From assembly GCA_043228905.1 (NCBI GenBank), contig JBHGNT010000013.1, forward strand, positions 1,674,001 through 1,738,000: 64,000 nt of DNA, read 5' to 3'. This document shows positions 34,143 to 46,299 of this stretch, one piece after another. Both the position numbers and the translations under genes were made by a program. The notes under the pieces were generated by a model. The model made no database searches and had not been told where the DNA came from. It saw nothing but the letters and a program-made list of their open reading frames with translations. Position 1 is the first letter of the stretch; each line of letters starts with the position of its first letter. This stretch comes from Azolla caroliniana (taxonomy: Eukaryota; Plantae; Polypodiophyta).

Positions 34143-37106
34143 CTATGGTGCCGGTGCTTCCTCACCGCTTCGTCCGGGTTCTTCCTGTTCTCCCTCTGTT
34201 CCAGGCTCTGTTCTGTTACCAGTGTCGCTTTCTCCGGTCTCGACTGGTTGGCTCGGTACGCCTTCTTCCTCTGCTCTGGTGTCTTCCGGTCTCAGCTCTT
34301 CTTCTTCTCCGGCATCGGGCTGCTCCTGCTCTTCTTCTTCTCCTTCGATCGGAAGTTCTTCTTCGGGTATTCCTTGTCGGGGTTGTTCGGTGTCGGTTGC
34401 TTCAACTTCAGCCGGTCGCTCTCCCTCACTTATCGTGATTGGCGTCGTTCTTCCCTTAGCTTCCTGTCGTAACCGGTCCTGCTCGTATCTCTCCAACTCC
34501 AACTGAGTTGCGAGCTGCCCGTCATCCAACCTCTCTACCAACCCTCGGATTTCTTTGAGGTGTTCTTCTGCTAAAGTGTAGAAATCCTCCGACAATTCTT
34601 CCTGAATGGCGACGATACTTTCTTCATCCATCTTGTAGAACTTGTCACCGGTCTTCCTCCGATTCTCGGCATCCGCTCGGAGTGTCTGTAGCTCGGCTGC
34701 CTGTTGTGACCACTCCTTCCATAGCTTTTCCGTACTTTCGTTGATGCTTGCCTGAGCTCGGGTACTCCATCTTGACATGATGAGCTTGATCCGGTCAACC
34801 CCCGCCTTAGCATGCGCATAAGCTTCTTGCTTTTCCTTCCTTGCCCGTTTTATAATGTCGGCCATTATCTGAGCCCGGGCCTCGTAATCCGCTTTCTGCT
34901 TTTCATAGGTACTTTGCAGTTTGCTAATCGTGAAGGTCGATTTTTCCTTTTCTTCATTCCTGATCTTGGTCAGATCCAGCTTTTCCCGCCTTAGCGCCTC
35001 TAATTCCTTCCTTCTCTCCGTCTCTTGGGCTATTTCCGCCGACAATGCTTCCTTGTTGGCACTGACCTCATCCATTGCCTTTGCCAGGTCTAATCGGGTC
35101 TCTTTGAGCTGTTCTTTCAGCTTCTCTATTTGCCGGTCGTAGTCTGCTGCCCGTTTGTTGTTGTCCGACTCGGCCTGCTTGTGATCTCGGTAGAGACGGT
35201 CGAAGTCCTCCGTCTTCTGCTTCAGGCGTCGGTTTGCCTGAGCTCTTAACCGATCGTCCCGGTCCTTCTGTTGTCGGAGTTCTTCCTGCAGTCGTTCTAT
35301 CTCCTGCTCGGCATGTCGACGCAGTCGGTCCTTCTCCTTTTGCAGCTTCTCTTTTTCTTCTTGCAGTCAGTCATTAGCGGCTCGACCTTTCCGGAGGCCT
35401 TCTTCCATTTTTCGTCTGTCGTCCTCCACCGCTTTCCGCTGCTCCCTTTCTCTTTCCCTTAATGCCTCCTGAGCTTTTAATTCCTCTCGTAAGGTTTCTA
35501 TTATTTTTTCGGTCTCAGGGCCGGTTTGCAAGGCTACCGGTTCCGGTTCCGGTTCTGGTTGCTTCCTTGTTGTCCCGACCGGCTCGGTGACAACTTGTGC
35601 TTGTTGAATTCCTTCCCTTGCCTGCAACAGCTCCCCTTGCATTTCCTCGATCTGTGTTCGGAGCGCGACCAACTCCTGAGTTGTTGTATGCGTCAACTGT
35701 TGCCTACACGTTTCTTCTTTCTCTAACTGGTCCGCTACTCCCGATAACTGCTCCGAAAGCCATCTCAGCCATTGTGGCTTTGTTCTTCCTGTGTCGGGGT
35801 GGCCTTGCTCACTTAACTCAGGCTGTTTTTCCGGCCTTTTCTCTGGCTCCGGCGCTTGTTCGTTCTTCTTCTCTGGGATGACCGGTTCTCTGAAGTCCGG
35901 CACAACCGGTGTCGGTGCTGCTTCCCTCGGTACGGGTTCCGGTACTGTTTCCGCCTCGGCTACTGGAGGTGGTCCTTGCGCCCTCTGCTGAGTTTTGTCA
36001 ACTGGTGGAGCCGGTCCTTTCGCCCGTTTCTCCCGACCTTGTCTTGCTGGGAGTCTTACCAGTGGTTCGGATGAGTCTTCTGTTTCAGCTTCCTCCCCCG
36101 GTGTGGTTACCAGACGGACCTTTTGTATAAAGTCCTCTGGTTCCGGTTCCGGCCGTCGCAGCGTTATATGGATTGGTTTGCGCGCTACCGGTTCCTCCTC
36201 GGCCGATTTCCCTTTGCCTTTACCTGCCGGTTTTGCCTTTGTTGCCGGTTCCTGTTGCTGTCGGGATGGTCCTTCCCCCCGCTGTTCTGCTTCTTTCTGG
36301 GTCCATCCGGGGGTGTGTTTCTCCAAGATCTGTCGGCGCTTTGTGACCTTTTTCGGCATCGTCTCCTACCGACCTCTTTTCTTTTGTGTGATGGGAAGCA
36401 CCGGTGGGACTAACACCGTTAGCCATTGTGCTATCCCGGCCCATGGCTTTTTTCCTTCCACAAGATTCTTGATGGCCTCCTTCAATCCTTCGGTTATGAA
36501 ATGGAGCCAGTCTATTTGTAAGCCTTCGTACGCTGCTATTAAGAACGCTGCCCGGTACTTGGCTATGGCCGGGGGACGGGGATTCACGAATCCGTATTCC
36601 ATCATGGCGTGGGCCACTTCTCCGAACAACAGGTTCTCTCTGCCCTGCGTTCGGTACGCCTTGCTGCTGATAGAGTACTCACCGAAATATTCGAACAGGA
36701 TCTCACTTGAAGGGTTTTCGATTGTTTGAAGTCCTCCTGCTTTTATCCCCGTGAGCGCCTGCACCGCTCCTTCCGTGACTTCTGACAAATCGATTGATGT
36801 TGCCGCCTGCTCTGGTTCTGCGTGTGGTGGAGCGTCGGCGATCCGCAGCAATCCTTTTAACCCGTTCTCCCTCATCCATTGGCGTGCCTCTTCCGACAGT
36901 ACCATTGTTTCGAATTCTTCTTCTGCTACCTGTTGTTCGGGATCGGGCTGTGTGTGCTCTGTGCGTCGGATCGCTCTTCTGTGCTTCTGCGCCTGTATGT
37001 AGGAAAATTCGTAAAAAGTGAGTCCTTCGCAGGCCTGTGTCTTATATAGTGGCTTTTGCCTCGAGCCGCCCTTTTTCGTTTCCCGCGCATGTTCCTCTCC
37101 CGTCAT
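34143..37106 (-). pseudogene. C2 extra ORF (~987 aa): globular N-domain, Pro/Glu linker, long coiled coil, acidic tail
   Basis: ORFs 36366-37169, 35367-36359 and 34143-35075 share one frame, split only by TAG (36366) and TGA (35367). Confidence 0.85.
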
Positions 37107-37322
37107 AATTAGTATGTCCTTTCTTGTTTGCCGCGTGTGAGTGCCCACGTTCCATGCTTTAAATAGCAAGTACGCGCACGTCCTTCTTTAATGCATGGCG
37201 CCTCTTCGTTGCATGGTGGCGCTCCCACCTCTTGTGATCTCCCCATCATTACTATGATTCGCGTCGATTTTACCGACGTCTTCTTCTTTTTTCTTTTTTC
37301 TTTTTTTCCTTTTTGGACCACG

Positions 37323-40300
37323 TCATTTGCTGGTCCCCCCCGATTTGTTCGGGTCAGTTCGTGTGGATACCGGATCCTTCTGTCGGTTTTCTGGGATAGT
37401 CTTTGTCGGTGTCGGTGTCGGTTCCTCATCTTGCCGGATTTCCGGGTTTTGCTTGAACGGGTTCGCTGGCATATTTCCCTTATACGGCTTTAGCCGAAAC
37501 CCATTTGCCCACTTGCCGATGAAATCTCCAAACAACGTGCCGAGCTAATACGACCCATTGTACTCCTTGGTGATCCAGAACGGTCCGGTCCATCGAAACC
37601 GCAACTTTCCCGGCATGTTCCCCATCCGTGTCTGGAATAGTAGCACCGGTTTCCCGACTTCGAACTCCTTTTCATTGCCACGCCGGTGTCGGTCCACGAA
37701 AGCTTTTCTCCTCCTTTGCTCCAGTTCGAGTTGTAGTAAGCTGGCTATTCGGTTTTCTTCTAATTCCAACAACGTCGCCAGCCGGATTCGTTCGGACTCG
37801 TTCTCACTTAAGCGCTCCTTCACCTGAATCCGTAAGCTGGGGATCTGGAACTCTACCGGCATGACCGCTTCTAAACTGAATGCTAGTCGGAACGGGGTTG
37901 TCCGGATGCTGGTTTTGTACGTTGTTCGGTACGCCCATAGTGCGCTTTGCAATTTCGTATCCCAGTCGGTCCGGTTCTCGTTGACGATTTTTCGTAGGAT
38001 GTTCTACAGAGTTTTGTTCGTTGATTCCGCTAGTCCATTGGCTTGAGGGTAGTAGGGAGTACTCTTTTTATGTACCACCGCGTAAAATGATGTTAGGCTT
38101 TCTACTACCTGCCCGAGAAAATGTCCTCCTTGGTCACTTATAAGCTCGATCGGGCATCCATACCGGCACCATATGCACTCGTATAGGAACTTTGCCGTGG
38201 ACGCGGCCGTGTTGTCCCGTAAGGCCTTTGCTTCTACCCATTTGGTGCAATAGTCGGTTGCCACTATGACATACCGATTTCCGGTTCGCATTGCCGGTGG
38301 CTTGAAGGGACCGACAAAGTCCAAACCCCACTTTTGAAACGGTTCCAAAGGCAAGACCGGGTGGTGTGGCATCCGGGCCTGCTCCGTGGGTTGGCCCAAT
38401 CGTTGACACAAATCGCATTCTCTGCTATACTTCATGGCATCTTTTAGGGTGGTGGGCCACCACAGTCCGCTCTGCCATATTTTCAGAGCGGTTGCATCGC
38501 CGGCATAATGCCCACCGCAATTCCACAGTGGGCTTCCCTGAGGATTAAATCCTTCTCATCGCTCCGCACTGCTCGTCTCCAGATGCCATCTGCCCCCTTG
38601 TGATAGAGGGTGTCTCCAACCAAGCAGAAATGTCTACTTCTTACTGCTACCCTTTTCCTTTCATCGCGGTCCATGTTCTCCGGGGGAACTCCGGTGCTCA
38701 GGAACTGATGCATCTCAGTTAGCCATGTGTCTTCATCGGCTACCGTTGTATCCGTTGCCGGTTTCGTCGTGATCCGGAACAATTCGGCGTCGGGAAACTC
38801 ATCCTGGACGCCGTCCCCTGCTTCTCCGGATTCGAGTCTGGTTAGGTAGTCCGCTACCGCATGCTGCGCCCCGGGTCGGTGGAAAATGTCGAATTCAAAT
38901 TCCTGTAACAGCAGTGTCCACCGTGCAATTTTTCCCGTCAGGGATGCCTTCGAGACCAGGTAGAGTAGTGCCGAATGGTCGACATGGAAGGAAAACTTCC
39001 TTCTGAGCAGATAGTGCCTGTACTTTGTGACACTATACACCATTCCCAATGCCTCACGTTCCGTCGTAGAGTAATTCCGTTCGGCTTTTGAGAGTTTCCG
39101 GCTTGCGTAGTACACCGGTCGGTACCATTTCGGCTCCGTGAGTTGCATCAGAACGCTGCCGATTGCTACGTCCGACGCGTCAACGAAGACGTGAAAGCTT
39201 TTACTCCAATCCGGCGGTTGCACCACCGGAGCTTGCGACAGCATAACCTTCAACGCTTGGTAGGCTTCCTCCTCCGTCTCCGCCCATAGGAAGGGTACCC
39301 TATGTACGGCGGTATGTAACGGTGTAGCGAAGTCTGCGAGGTGCCGTATCATCCGGCTATGCCACCTTATTTGGCCCAGGAACCGGCTTAAAGCCTTTGC
39401 GTTATTTGGTGTTGGTGCCTCGAGAATCGCCTTGACTTTATCCGGATCTACCGCGATTCCTTCCTTACTCACCACGTGCCCTAGTAAGTTTCCGCTTGCC
39501 ACTCCAAAGACGCACTTGGCCGGGTTCAGGCTCAATCGGTACTCGCGGCACTTCTCCAAGCACAGCCGGAGGTGATCGAGATGCTCTCCGTGCCAGATGT
39601 AGACCGCGAAATCGTCAAGGAAGACCTGCATAAAACCGGGGATATATTCCCCGAAAATTTCCATTATTATCCTTTGAAAGGTCGCTGGAGCCGTCTTTAG
39701 TCCGAACATCATCACGACCGCGACGAACACTCCCCATTCCATCACGAACGTTGTCTTCTCCTGGTCGGCCGGGTTCATTCGTATTTGGTTGTAGCCACTA
39801 AATCCATCCAGGAAGCTGTAAACTTCGTGGCCGGCTACCGCATCTAACACCCCGTCCGTAAATGGTAGTGGAAACGCATCGGTCACTGTTGCGGCATTTA
39901 GTTTTCGGTAGTCCACGCATACCCGGATTTTGCCGTTCCTTTTCGGGACCACCACTATCGGACTCAGCCAGGTTGCCTGCTTGACCGGTCGGATAAATCC
40001 AACCCGGAGGAGCTTATCAATTTCCTCCTTCACCTTTGCCGCATAATTCAGATTCATCCGGTACTTGCGTTGAGCATTCGGTTTCGCGTCCGTACTTAGG
40101 TGAATTTGGTGTTGATAGAGCTGGGGGTCTAGCCCTCGCATGTCTTCGTACGACCACGCAAACACATCCTTGAAGTCTGTTAATAATGCTACCATTGCCT
40201 TCTTTTCTTCCTTCGGCAATTCATTTGCAACATTTACCGGTCGGGGCTTGTCTGCTGTGCCGAGGTCCACCTCCTCGAGTTGGGATGCTTTTACTCTCTG

Positions 40301-41624
40301 GGATATCGTCATTTCCCTCTCTATCTAGGGATTCCTGCGCTTGTCGCAGTTCCCGGATCGCCGCTTGGTCCGGTTCATCTGGCGTCGTAATGTACGGTTC
40401 CATTGCCGCCGTGATATCCACCTCAAATAGTGGGACGATTCGTGGGTGTTCCTCGAGGTACCGCTCGACTTCCTCGTCCGGTAATCCCTCCAACATGTTA
40501 ATGCTTTCCGCATACAATGGAGCTGCTTCCTTACTGGTGATCACCCGTGGTTGCGTCGCTACTCGTACCTTTGTTTTCCCTCGCCGGAATGTGATCATGT
40601 TCTTTTGCCAGCTCTGCTTGATATGCGCCGTTCGCAGCCATGGTCGTCCTAGCAGTAGGGGGTACGCGCCTTGTACATTTAGCTGCAGCACCACGGCCGA
40701 TATCCAGAATACGTGGCCTCCGATCGTTACTTCCAAATCCCGGATAAGCCCGGTCGGTCGGACTGAGCTAGTATCCGCCATCCGTAACCAGAAGGGGCAT
40801 GGTTCCCATTCCCGGATGCCCAGGTTGTTGCATGTCTGTCGGCTGATGACATTTACCCCGGAGCCTCCGTCAATGATCGTTCCAGCAATTTCCTTTCCTT
40901 TCACGATTGTCGTGATCGCCGGGCTACTTGTATCGACCACCGCTGGTCCTTCCTCCGGGTTGGAGAAGAATGTCGGTGCTGGCGTCGGCTTTGGTTTGCT
41001 CACGGATGCCTGTAAGTCTGCCGTAAACCGTGGCACCAACTGTAGTAGTTGTGCTAACGACAACACGATTTGACAGTCCTGTAGCGCTTGCCACGTCGGG
41101 TTTTCTCCTGGCTGTATGATTTCTTCGTCTTTTGGTATATTTTGGTCTCTTACTTCTGCCGCATTTTGTTCATTGGCCTCCTTGATCCATTGCGCCGCTT
41201 GTTTTCTGATTGCCTCTTGGGCTTCCCACTCGGCGGTCTTTCCCTTTGACCGGGTTGTGACCTGCTGTACCTCTGTTATTTCGGCTGTAACCATGTTGAC
41301 TTCCGGCTGCTTGTCATTGGTTTTGCTTGGGCATTGGTTACTATACTGGCCTTCCTTACGGCAGTAATAACAGTACACCTTGTGACTATTGCTCGTTTCT
41401 CCTTTGTCCCCGGTTTGGAGGGTGGGTATGCTCCGGCGGTCGTCTTCGGTTTTTCGGTTATCCGGTACTGATACCGGGTTGTCATTCCTCGCTGCCTCCC
41501 GACGTTCCTCTCTTCGGAAAAATCCCTTGTCGGCTCTCTTCTCTGCGTCGTTCGTATTCCGGGGATTCGTCTCGGTCGTACCGGTCCCGGGGGTAGCTAT
41601 CTCTGTGTCTCTCCTCTCGGTCAT
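37323..41624 (-). pseudogene. C2 PR-RT-RNaseH-integrase with a few frameshifts/stops
   Basis: IIDGGSGVNV (PR), YSFLDGFSGYNQI / VFLDDF (RT), VDASDVAIG..ADYLTR (RH), CDLC..WGLDFVGP..ISDQG..QANGLAE (INT), RWTGPF. Confidence 0.94.
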
Positions 41625-43056
41625 AGTTATTGCGTCTTCTATCCGCGTATCTGTTACCGCGTTCGCGTTGGTAGCGGTCGTCTCTCCGGAATCGATCCTC
41701 GTCCGGGTTCTGATTGCGCGGTTCTATGTGTCGAACCGGTGCTGCCTGTCGATTTAACAGGTTATATTCGCATCGGTCCGTTGTATGGGCTCGAGAGTTG
41801 CAGATCATACATTGTGTCCGCAGGGTGCAGTCTACTGTTGAGTGCCCCGAATTTAGGCATGTTGTGCATTGTAAGGCCTGTCGGAACCTCAGGTCTTCCT
41901 CCTTCGGGAGTGCCCGGTGTAACATCCCCATCGACAAGAAGGGGCTAGTCTTGTCCATTTCTAAAACCCGATCAATAACTTGGTCCATTGTGCTGGTTTG
42001 GAAATCAAGGACTCCGCACATTGTTCGAAGTGGCTCTTTTAGCGCGGCCAAAAAGACTGCTTTGGCTTCGTCTTCGGGTGGTGCTCTTGTCAGTTGGCTG
42101 TGCAGGGTCTGAAACCGAATGATGAATTGTGGCACAGTCTCGTTCTCTTCCTGTCGGGTGGTGTAGAACTGCCCGACCAATTCCCTTTGCTCAAATTGTC
42201 TGTGAAAAAGCCTAAGGAATCTGGCCTTCAAGGCATCGAATGTGGCAAAGCTGCCCGGTAAGTGCTTTGCGTGCCATCGGGCCGCCGGTCCTTCTAAGGT
42301 TATGCCGAATTCGGTGACTTTGGATCGTTCGGCTTCGGGTTCCGTCAGGCTTTGGGAGACATGGTTGGCTTCCCATGTTTGGAGGAATGCGTACACGTGT
42401 GCCTCCGCGTCGGCCTCATCCCGGTACTTTGGGTATGGGTACGGCATCGTGTCGTCCAACTGACTCTCCTGCTTCCTCCGCTCTCTGTCCGTTGTTGGCA
42501 TTGGTGTGAGAACCTTTGGTTCCTCCGCAGGTGTTACCGGTGTCCGGTCCTTTGGTTCCTCCGCGGGTGTTGTCGGTATCCGCTCCTTCGGTTCCTTCGC
42601 GGTTGTTGTCGGTATCCGGTCAGCCTTCCTCGGCAATTGCCGGTCACCGCCTTCCAGGGTTATTTCTTCCTCTGGCTCCGGTGTTACTGAGTCTTCCGAC
42701 TCCTCTTCCTCCCGGTCGTTTGGTGTGTCGTGGCTGCTTTTATACCGGGACGCAACGCTTCCGTCGCTTTCCGACTCCGCCTCAAGTGTTGCGAATGCTT
42801 CCGAGTCCCCGTCGCCCCCGACGAGCGTCTGTAGTATCGTTTCTGCCTCTTGCAGGCTTGTTATGCTACTGCCTTCGTCGGGGATTTGCAGAACCCGGAA
42901 CTGCAGTGCTTCTTCTGCGACTCTCCGAAGAGTTTTGGAGAATGACCGATCCCGCCGGATCTCGTCGACGGCTTGCTGTAGGGCTTCCCGTCGTTGCTCG
43001 CGTTCGGTGTATCGTCTCCCTCGTTCGGTGATGTGGTCGTCGTTTGGTCTAGACAT
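41482..43056 (-). CDS. C2 gag (two tandem zinc knuckles)
   Basis: ORF 41482-43140; likely start MSRPNDD; LEGPAARWH, CTTCLNSGHSTVDC, CMICNSRAHTTDRC. Confidence 0.85.
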   Translation of the reverse strand: MSRPNDDHITERGRRYTEREQRREALQQAVDEIRRDRSFSKTLRRVAEEALQFRVLQIPDEGSSITSLQEAETILQTLVGGDGDSEAFATLEAESESDGSVASRYKSSHDTPNDREEEESEDSVTPEPEEEITLEGGDRQLPRKADRIPTTTAKEPKERIPTTPAEEPKDRTPVTPAEEPKVLTPMPTTDRERRKQESQLDDTMPYPYPKYRDEADAEAHVYAFLQTWEANHVSQSLTEPEAERSKVTEFGITLEGPAARWHAKHLPGSFATFDALKARFLRLFHRQFEQRELVGQFYTTRQEENETVPQFIIRFQTLHSQLTRAPPEDEAKAVFLAALKEPLRTMCGVLDFQTSTMDQVIDRVLEMDKTSPFLSMGMLHRALPKEEDLRFRQALQCTTCLNSGHSTVDCTLRTQCMICNSRAHTTDRCEYNLLNRQAAPVRHIEPRNQNPDEDRFRRDDRYQRERGNRYADRRRNNYDREERHRDSYPRDRYDRDESPEYERRREESRQGIFPKRGTSGGSEE

Positions 43057-43108
43057 CCATCCCCCGGTTGTCCTCTGCACTTTGCAGGAGTCGTGGTCGC
43101 CAAAATAG

Positions 43109-43498
43109 TGTTGTCTGCCTGGCCGGACTAGCCTCAACACAGGTGTCTATCCGACACTTCTCCAAAGGGGTGGTAAGGATTGGATGCTAGGTTACACGCG
43201 TAAGATGATTACAATTAAGCACAGACGGTAAACAATACGAAGATACAGATAAACACGCAATAATTACTATTGTATTACTTTCGTCCCCCTTTTTACAAAT
43301 CATCAGATCCTTTTATAGGCATCCGGCAAGGTTACAATCGGTGCGCTTAGGCAACCGACATCCGAATCGGTCCGGATCCAGATCGGTACAACTGTACCGG
43401 ATACGTCCCTCCGAATAATAATTCTACTATTATTTCCTTCCTATTATCCGATCCGACTCCGCCTTCCCACTTGTCCTTGATCTTCTGACCGGCCAATA
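43109..43498 (-). repeat. 5' LTR of C2
   Basis: Direct repeat of 33553-33942; terminal CA mutated to TA on the plus strand. Confidence 0.96.
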
Positions 43499-43846
43499 GA
43501 GCCGAAACCACATATGTGGGCACCGAAACATAGTTTATTGTTAACATTTTTTTCGTGTATAAACTATTCATTACGCGAACATACATGGTTGAGCCTCGGG
43601 GAGCCACCATGAAAAAATCGATATAGAGATCAGGGAAAGACATTTATTTGTCACCCCCATGGTTTTTAAAACACCTTTGTGTTACCATAGTAACCTAATC
43701 TTGAACCTCATCTCATACGTCTAGAGGGGTATTGACGTGAGATCATGATATTGATTAATGTTTGCCCATGATATGTTTACATCACGACATGATGTTATGA
43801 CTATCTCTCTGACCTTATCCTATTTCTTTTCCAGAAATAATCTTTA

Positions 43847-45594
43847 ATGGCTCAAATTAACGACCCGATGTCATCCGCTCAAGCGGAAGGAACTCAAGGG
43901 AATCCTCCTGGACAAATGTCCACTGAGATCTATTTGGCACAAATAACCCAATACCTTAGTTTCACCGCTCAACAGATGACCGAACCTCGGCAATCTCAGA
44001 GTGCTCTTGAGGCACGTGTCATTAGTCTACAACGTGAGACTAATAGACCTGATGAGCGACAAGGTGAACCATCATTTTTCGTTAAGCCATTTACGAGAGA
44101 CAAAAAGGAAAGAACCGAAGAAGCAATCTGCACATGGCTGGGATGGTGGGAGTCTCATTTTGAGCTCTATCCCACGCCAGATAGTACGAAGATTGCATAT
44201 GTCGGCCGAGAACTCGGGGGTAAGATCGCCGCCTGGTGGCGTGGGCTCCGTACTATGGGGAAATTGCCCGATACCTGGACAGATTTTGTCACGGTTTTTA
44301 AGGGCCAATTTCTGCAACCTCCCTCTCAAACCGAGGCAGCACAAGCTTTAATGAACCTCTCTAGCAGGAAATTTTCCTCACTAGAAGACTATGTTCACCA
44401 TGCTAGAACCCAAATCCAAAAATCGGGTCTAGAAGGGGACAACTAGTTAATAGCTTGTTTTGTCAATGGCATCCCCAATTCGGACTATCACTGGATAGTG
44501 CACGAATAGGATCCAAAATCCTTCAAAGAGGCCATTGAAATAGTCCTTCGCTATCAACGCACTTCGAAGAAGGACCACAACAAACCCAATGAAGCGCCTG
44601 GGACTAAGCAGTCGCAATTCGTTGGGAAATGCAAGACACCCAACAAATTTCTGGATCGCGATTGTACGCGACAACATCCTTTTTGCGTATTCTGCAAAAA
44701 GAAGGGTCACACAAAAGAGCAATGTCGAAAGCTCCAACGGAAAGAGCACGACAACAAAGCTAAAACTGCAGACCATAAAGGTCAAAATCCTGATGTCCTT
44801 CAGGTCTATACACATCATTTAAGTAATTGTCAATGTTCTTTTCCTCACTATGTATTGGGTCCCAATGATTTACTACGTGCAAACGGGTATATCAATGGAT
44901 CTCCCGTACAATTTTTATTTGATTCGGGAAGCTCACACAATTTTGTGAATGATCGTTTGGTTCAGATATGGGGAATCCAACCCACCATAAGTGATCACAC
45001 CTACACGGTGCACTTGGCTGATGGAAGAGTACAATACATCAACGGGGCGATTCATTCATTAGGAATTTCTATTGATACATATATAGAGGAAGTAGACTTC
45101 CATGTAATGAATCTCTGTACCACCGATGTAATACTGGGTTATCCCTGGTTTATAATAAAAACTCTTCGTTATCTATTGATTGGGTTCATCATTCCATTTC
45201 TTTTGTACTGAACGATTGTACGCATTTTATTCAATGTGTAAAAAAACAATCCCTCTAGATTGTTTCCTCGTGTCCATCAATATCCGAGTTGATTTGTTCT
45301 ACTCTATTTTATTGTGTACTTGATCCGGACATTCACGTTTATAATATCGATAATGTCTCGGTTCAATTAACATATTTTGAACAACAACAACTTGATGAAA
45401 TCTTAAACGATTTTCATGATGTTTTTCCGAGTGAACTATCAGATGGCTTACCTCCTAAACGTAATATAGACCATCGTATAGATATTGTACCTGGTGTTGC
45501 ACCAATAAGTATACCTCCTTATCGCTTAAGTCGATCCGAAGAGGATGAGGTATTTAAGCAACTCAAGGACTATTTACAAATGGGTTATATACGT
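43847..45594 (+). pseudogene. I gag, protease and RT N-terminus
   Basis: IAAWWRG..TWTDF (gag), CAYSAKRRVT region / frameshifted knuckle, FLFDSGSSHNF (PR), DVFPSELSDGLPPKRNIDHRID..PPYRLS..LQMGYIR. Confidence 0.88.
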
Positions 45595-46299
45595 TATCGT
45601 GCCTTTCGGCTCTGGATCGTTACGTGAGTCGGGTGGGAACCGCCGAGGTTTTTGACTAGGAGGAAGAGGAATACATATTAAGGCTAGTTATGAATAGTGG
45701 AAAGAGAAGTAAGATAACAATCTCGTGAATCCCACGAGTTTAGTGTATTTAAAACAATATTTAGATTATAAGAGTAATTTTGATGGCAAAATTCGTGAAT
45801 CCCACAAATATATTAGATTGATCAATCCTTGCATATTAATCAACAACCTTATACATATTTCTCTCCTCCTTATATAAAGATGGAAGAGGCTAAGCATGGC
45901 TTCATGCTTTTTCACCTAAAGTGTCCATGCACACTAAATGTGCATGTGATGCTTTGTCATTTCCTAAATATAGGGCTCATGCACGCTAGATGTGCATGAG
46001 TCACTTTTAATGTCACGTGTAAATAAAATATTCACACTCTAAAGAATACATGATTTTTACCTTTTAATAAAGGTATGTGTAAATAACGGTCTTATAGGTA
46101 TTAAATCTATATGTATAACACTAAAGATAAGTTATTACAATGGTAAAGTTGGGGTTTATCTACATGGAGGTGCAGGGTTTGAATCCTGCCCTATGCACGT
46201 GATAAATTCTTTTGATATATTATTTATTTATTTATATGTATCTAAAATCGGATATATTATTTTATGGTTTTCACGTAGTGTGCGGAATACACTACGACA
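45595..46299 (-). repeat. 3' LTR of A2
   Basis: Direct repeat of 51142-51846. Confidence 0.95.

Larger units (their letters stand above)
33553..43498 (-). mobile_element. Full-length Ty3/gypsy element C2 (non-chromovirus, Athila/Tat-like RT) with a 3' extra ORF
   Basis: 390-bp LTRs 33553-33942 and 43109-43498 (about 6 differences). TSD GAGCC (33548-33552 / 43499-43503). PBS TGGCGACCAC on minus 43093-43102 (tRNA-Arg-like). Confidence 0.97.

Noticed and set aside
34143-37106. env gene
   Set aside because: No signal peptide or transmembrane segment in the sense frame. The hydrophobic ORF 33963-34472 is the antisense shadow of a purine-rich strand.
41515-41530. GGATTTT slippery site in the C2 gag/PR overlap
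   Set aside because: The current ORFs are related by +1, not -1, and no pseudoknot was evident. It cannot be separated from mutational frameshifts without a consensus.
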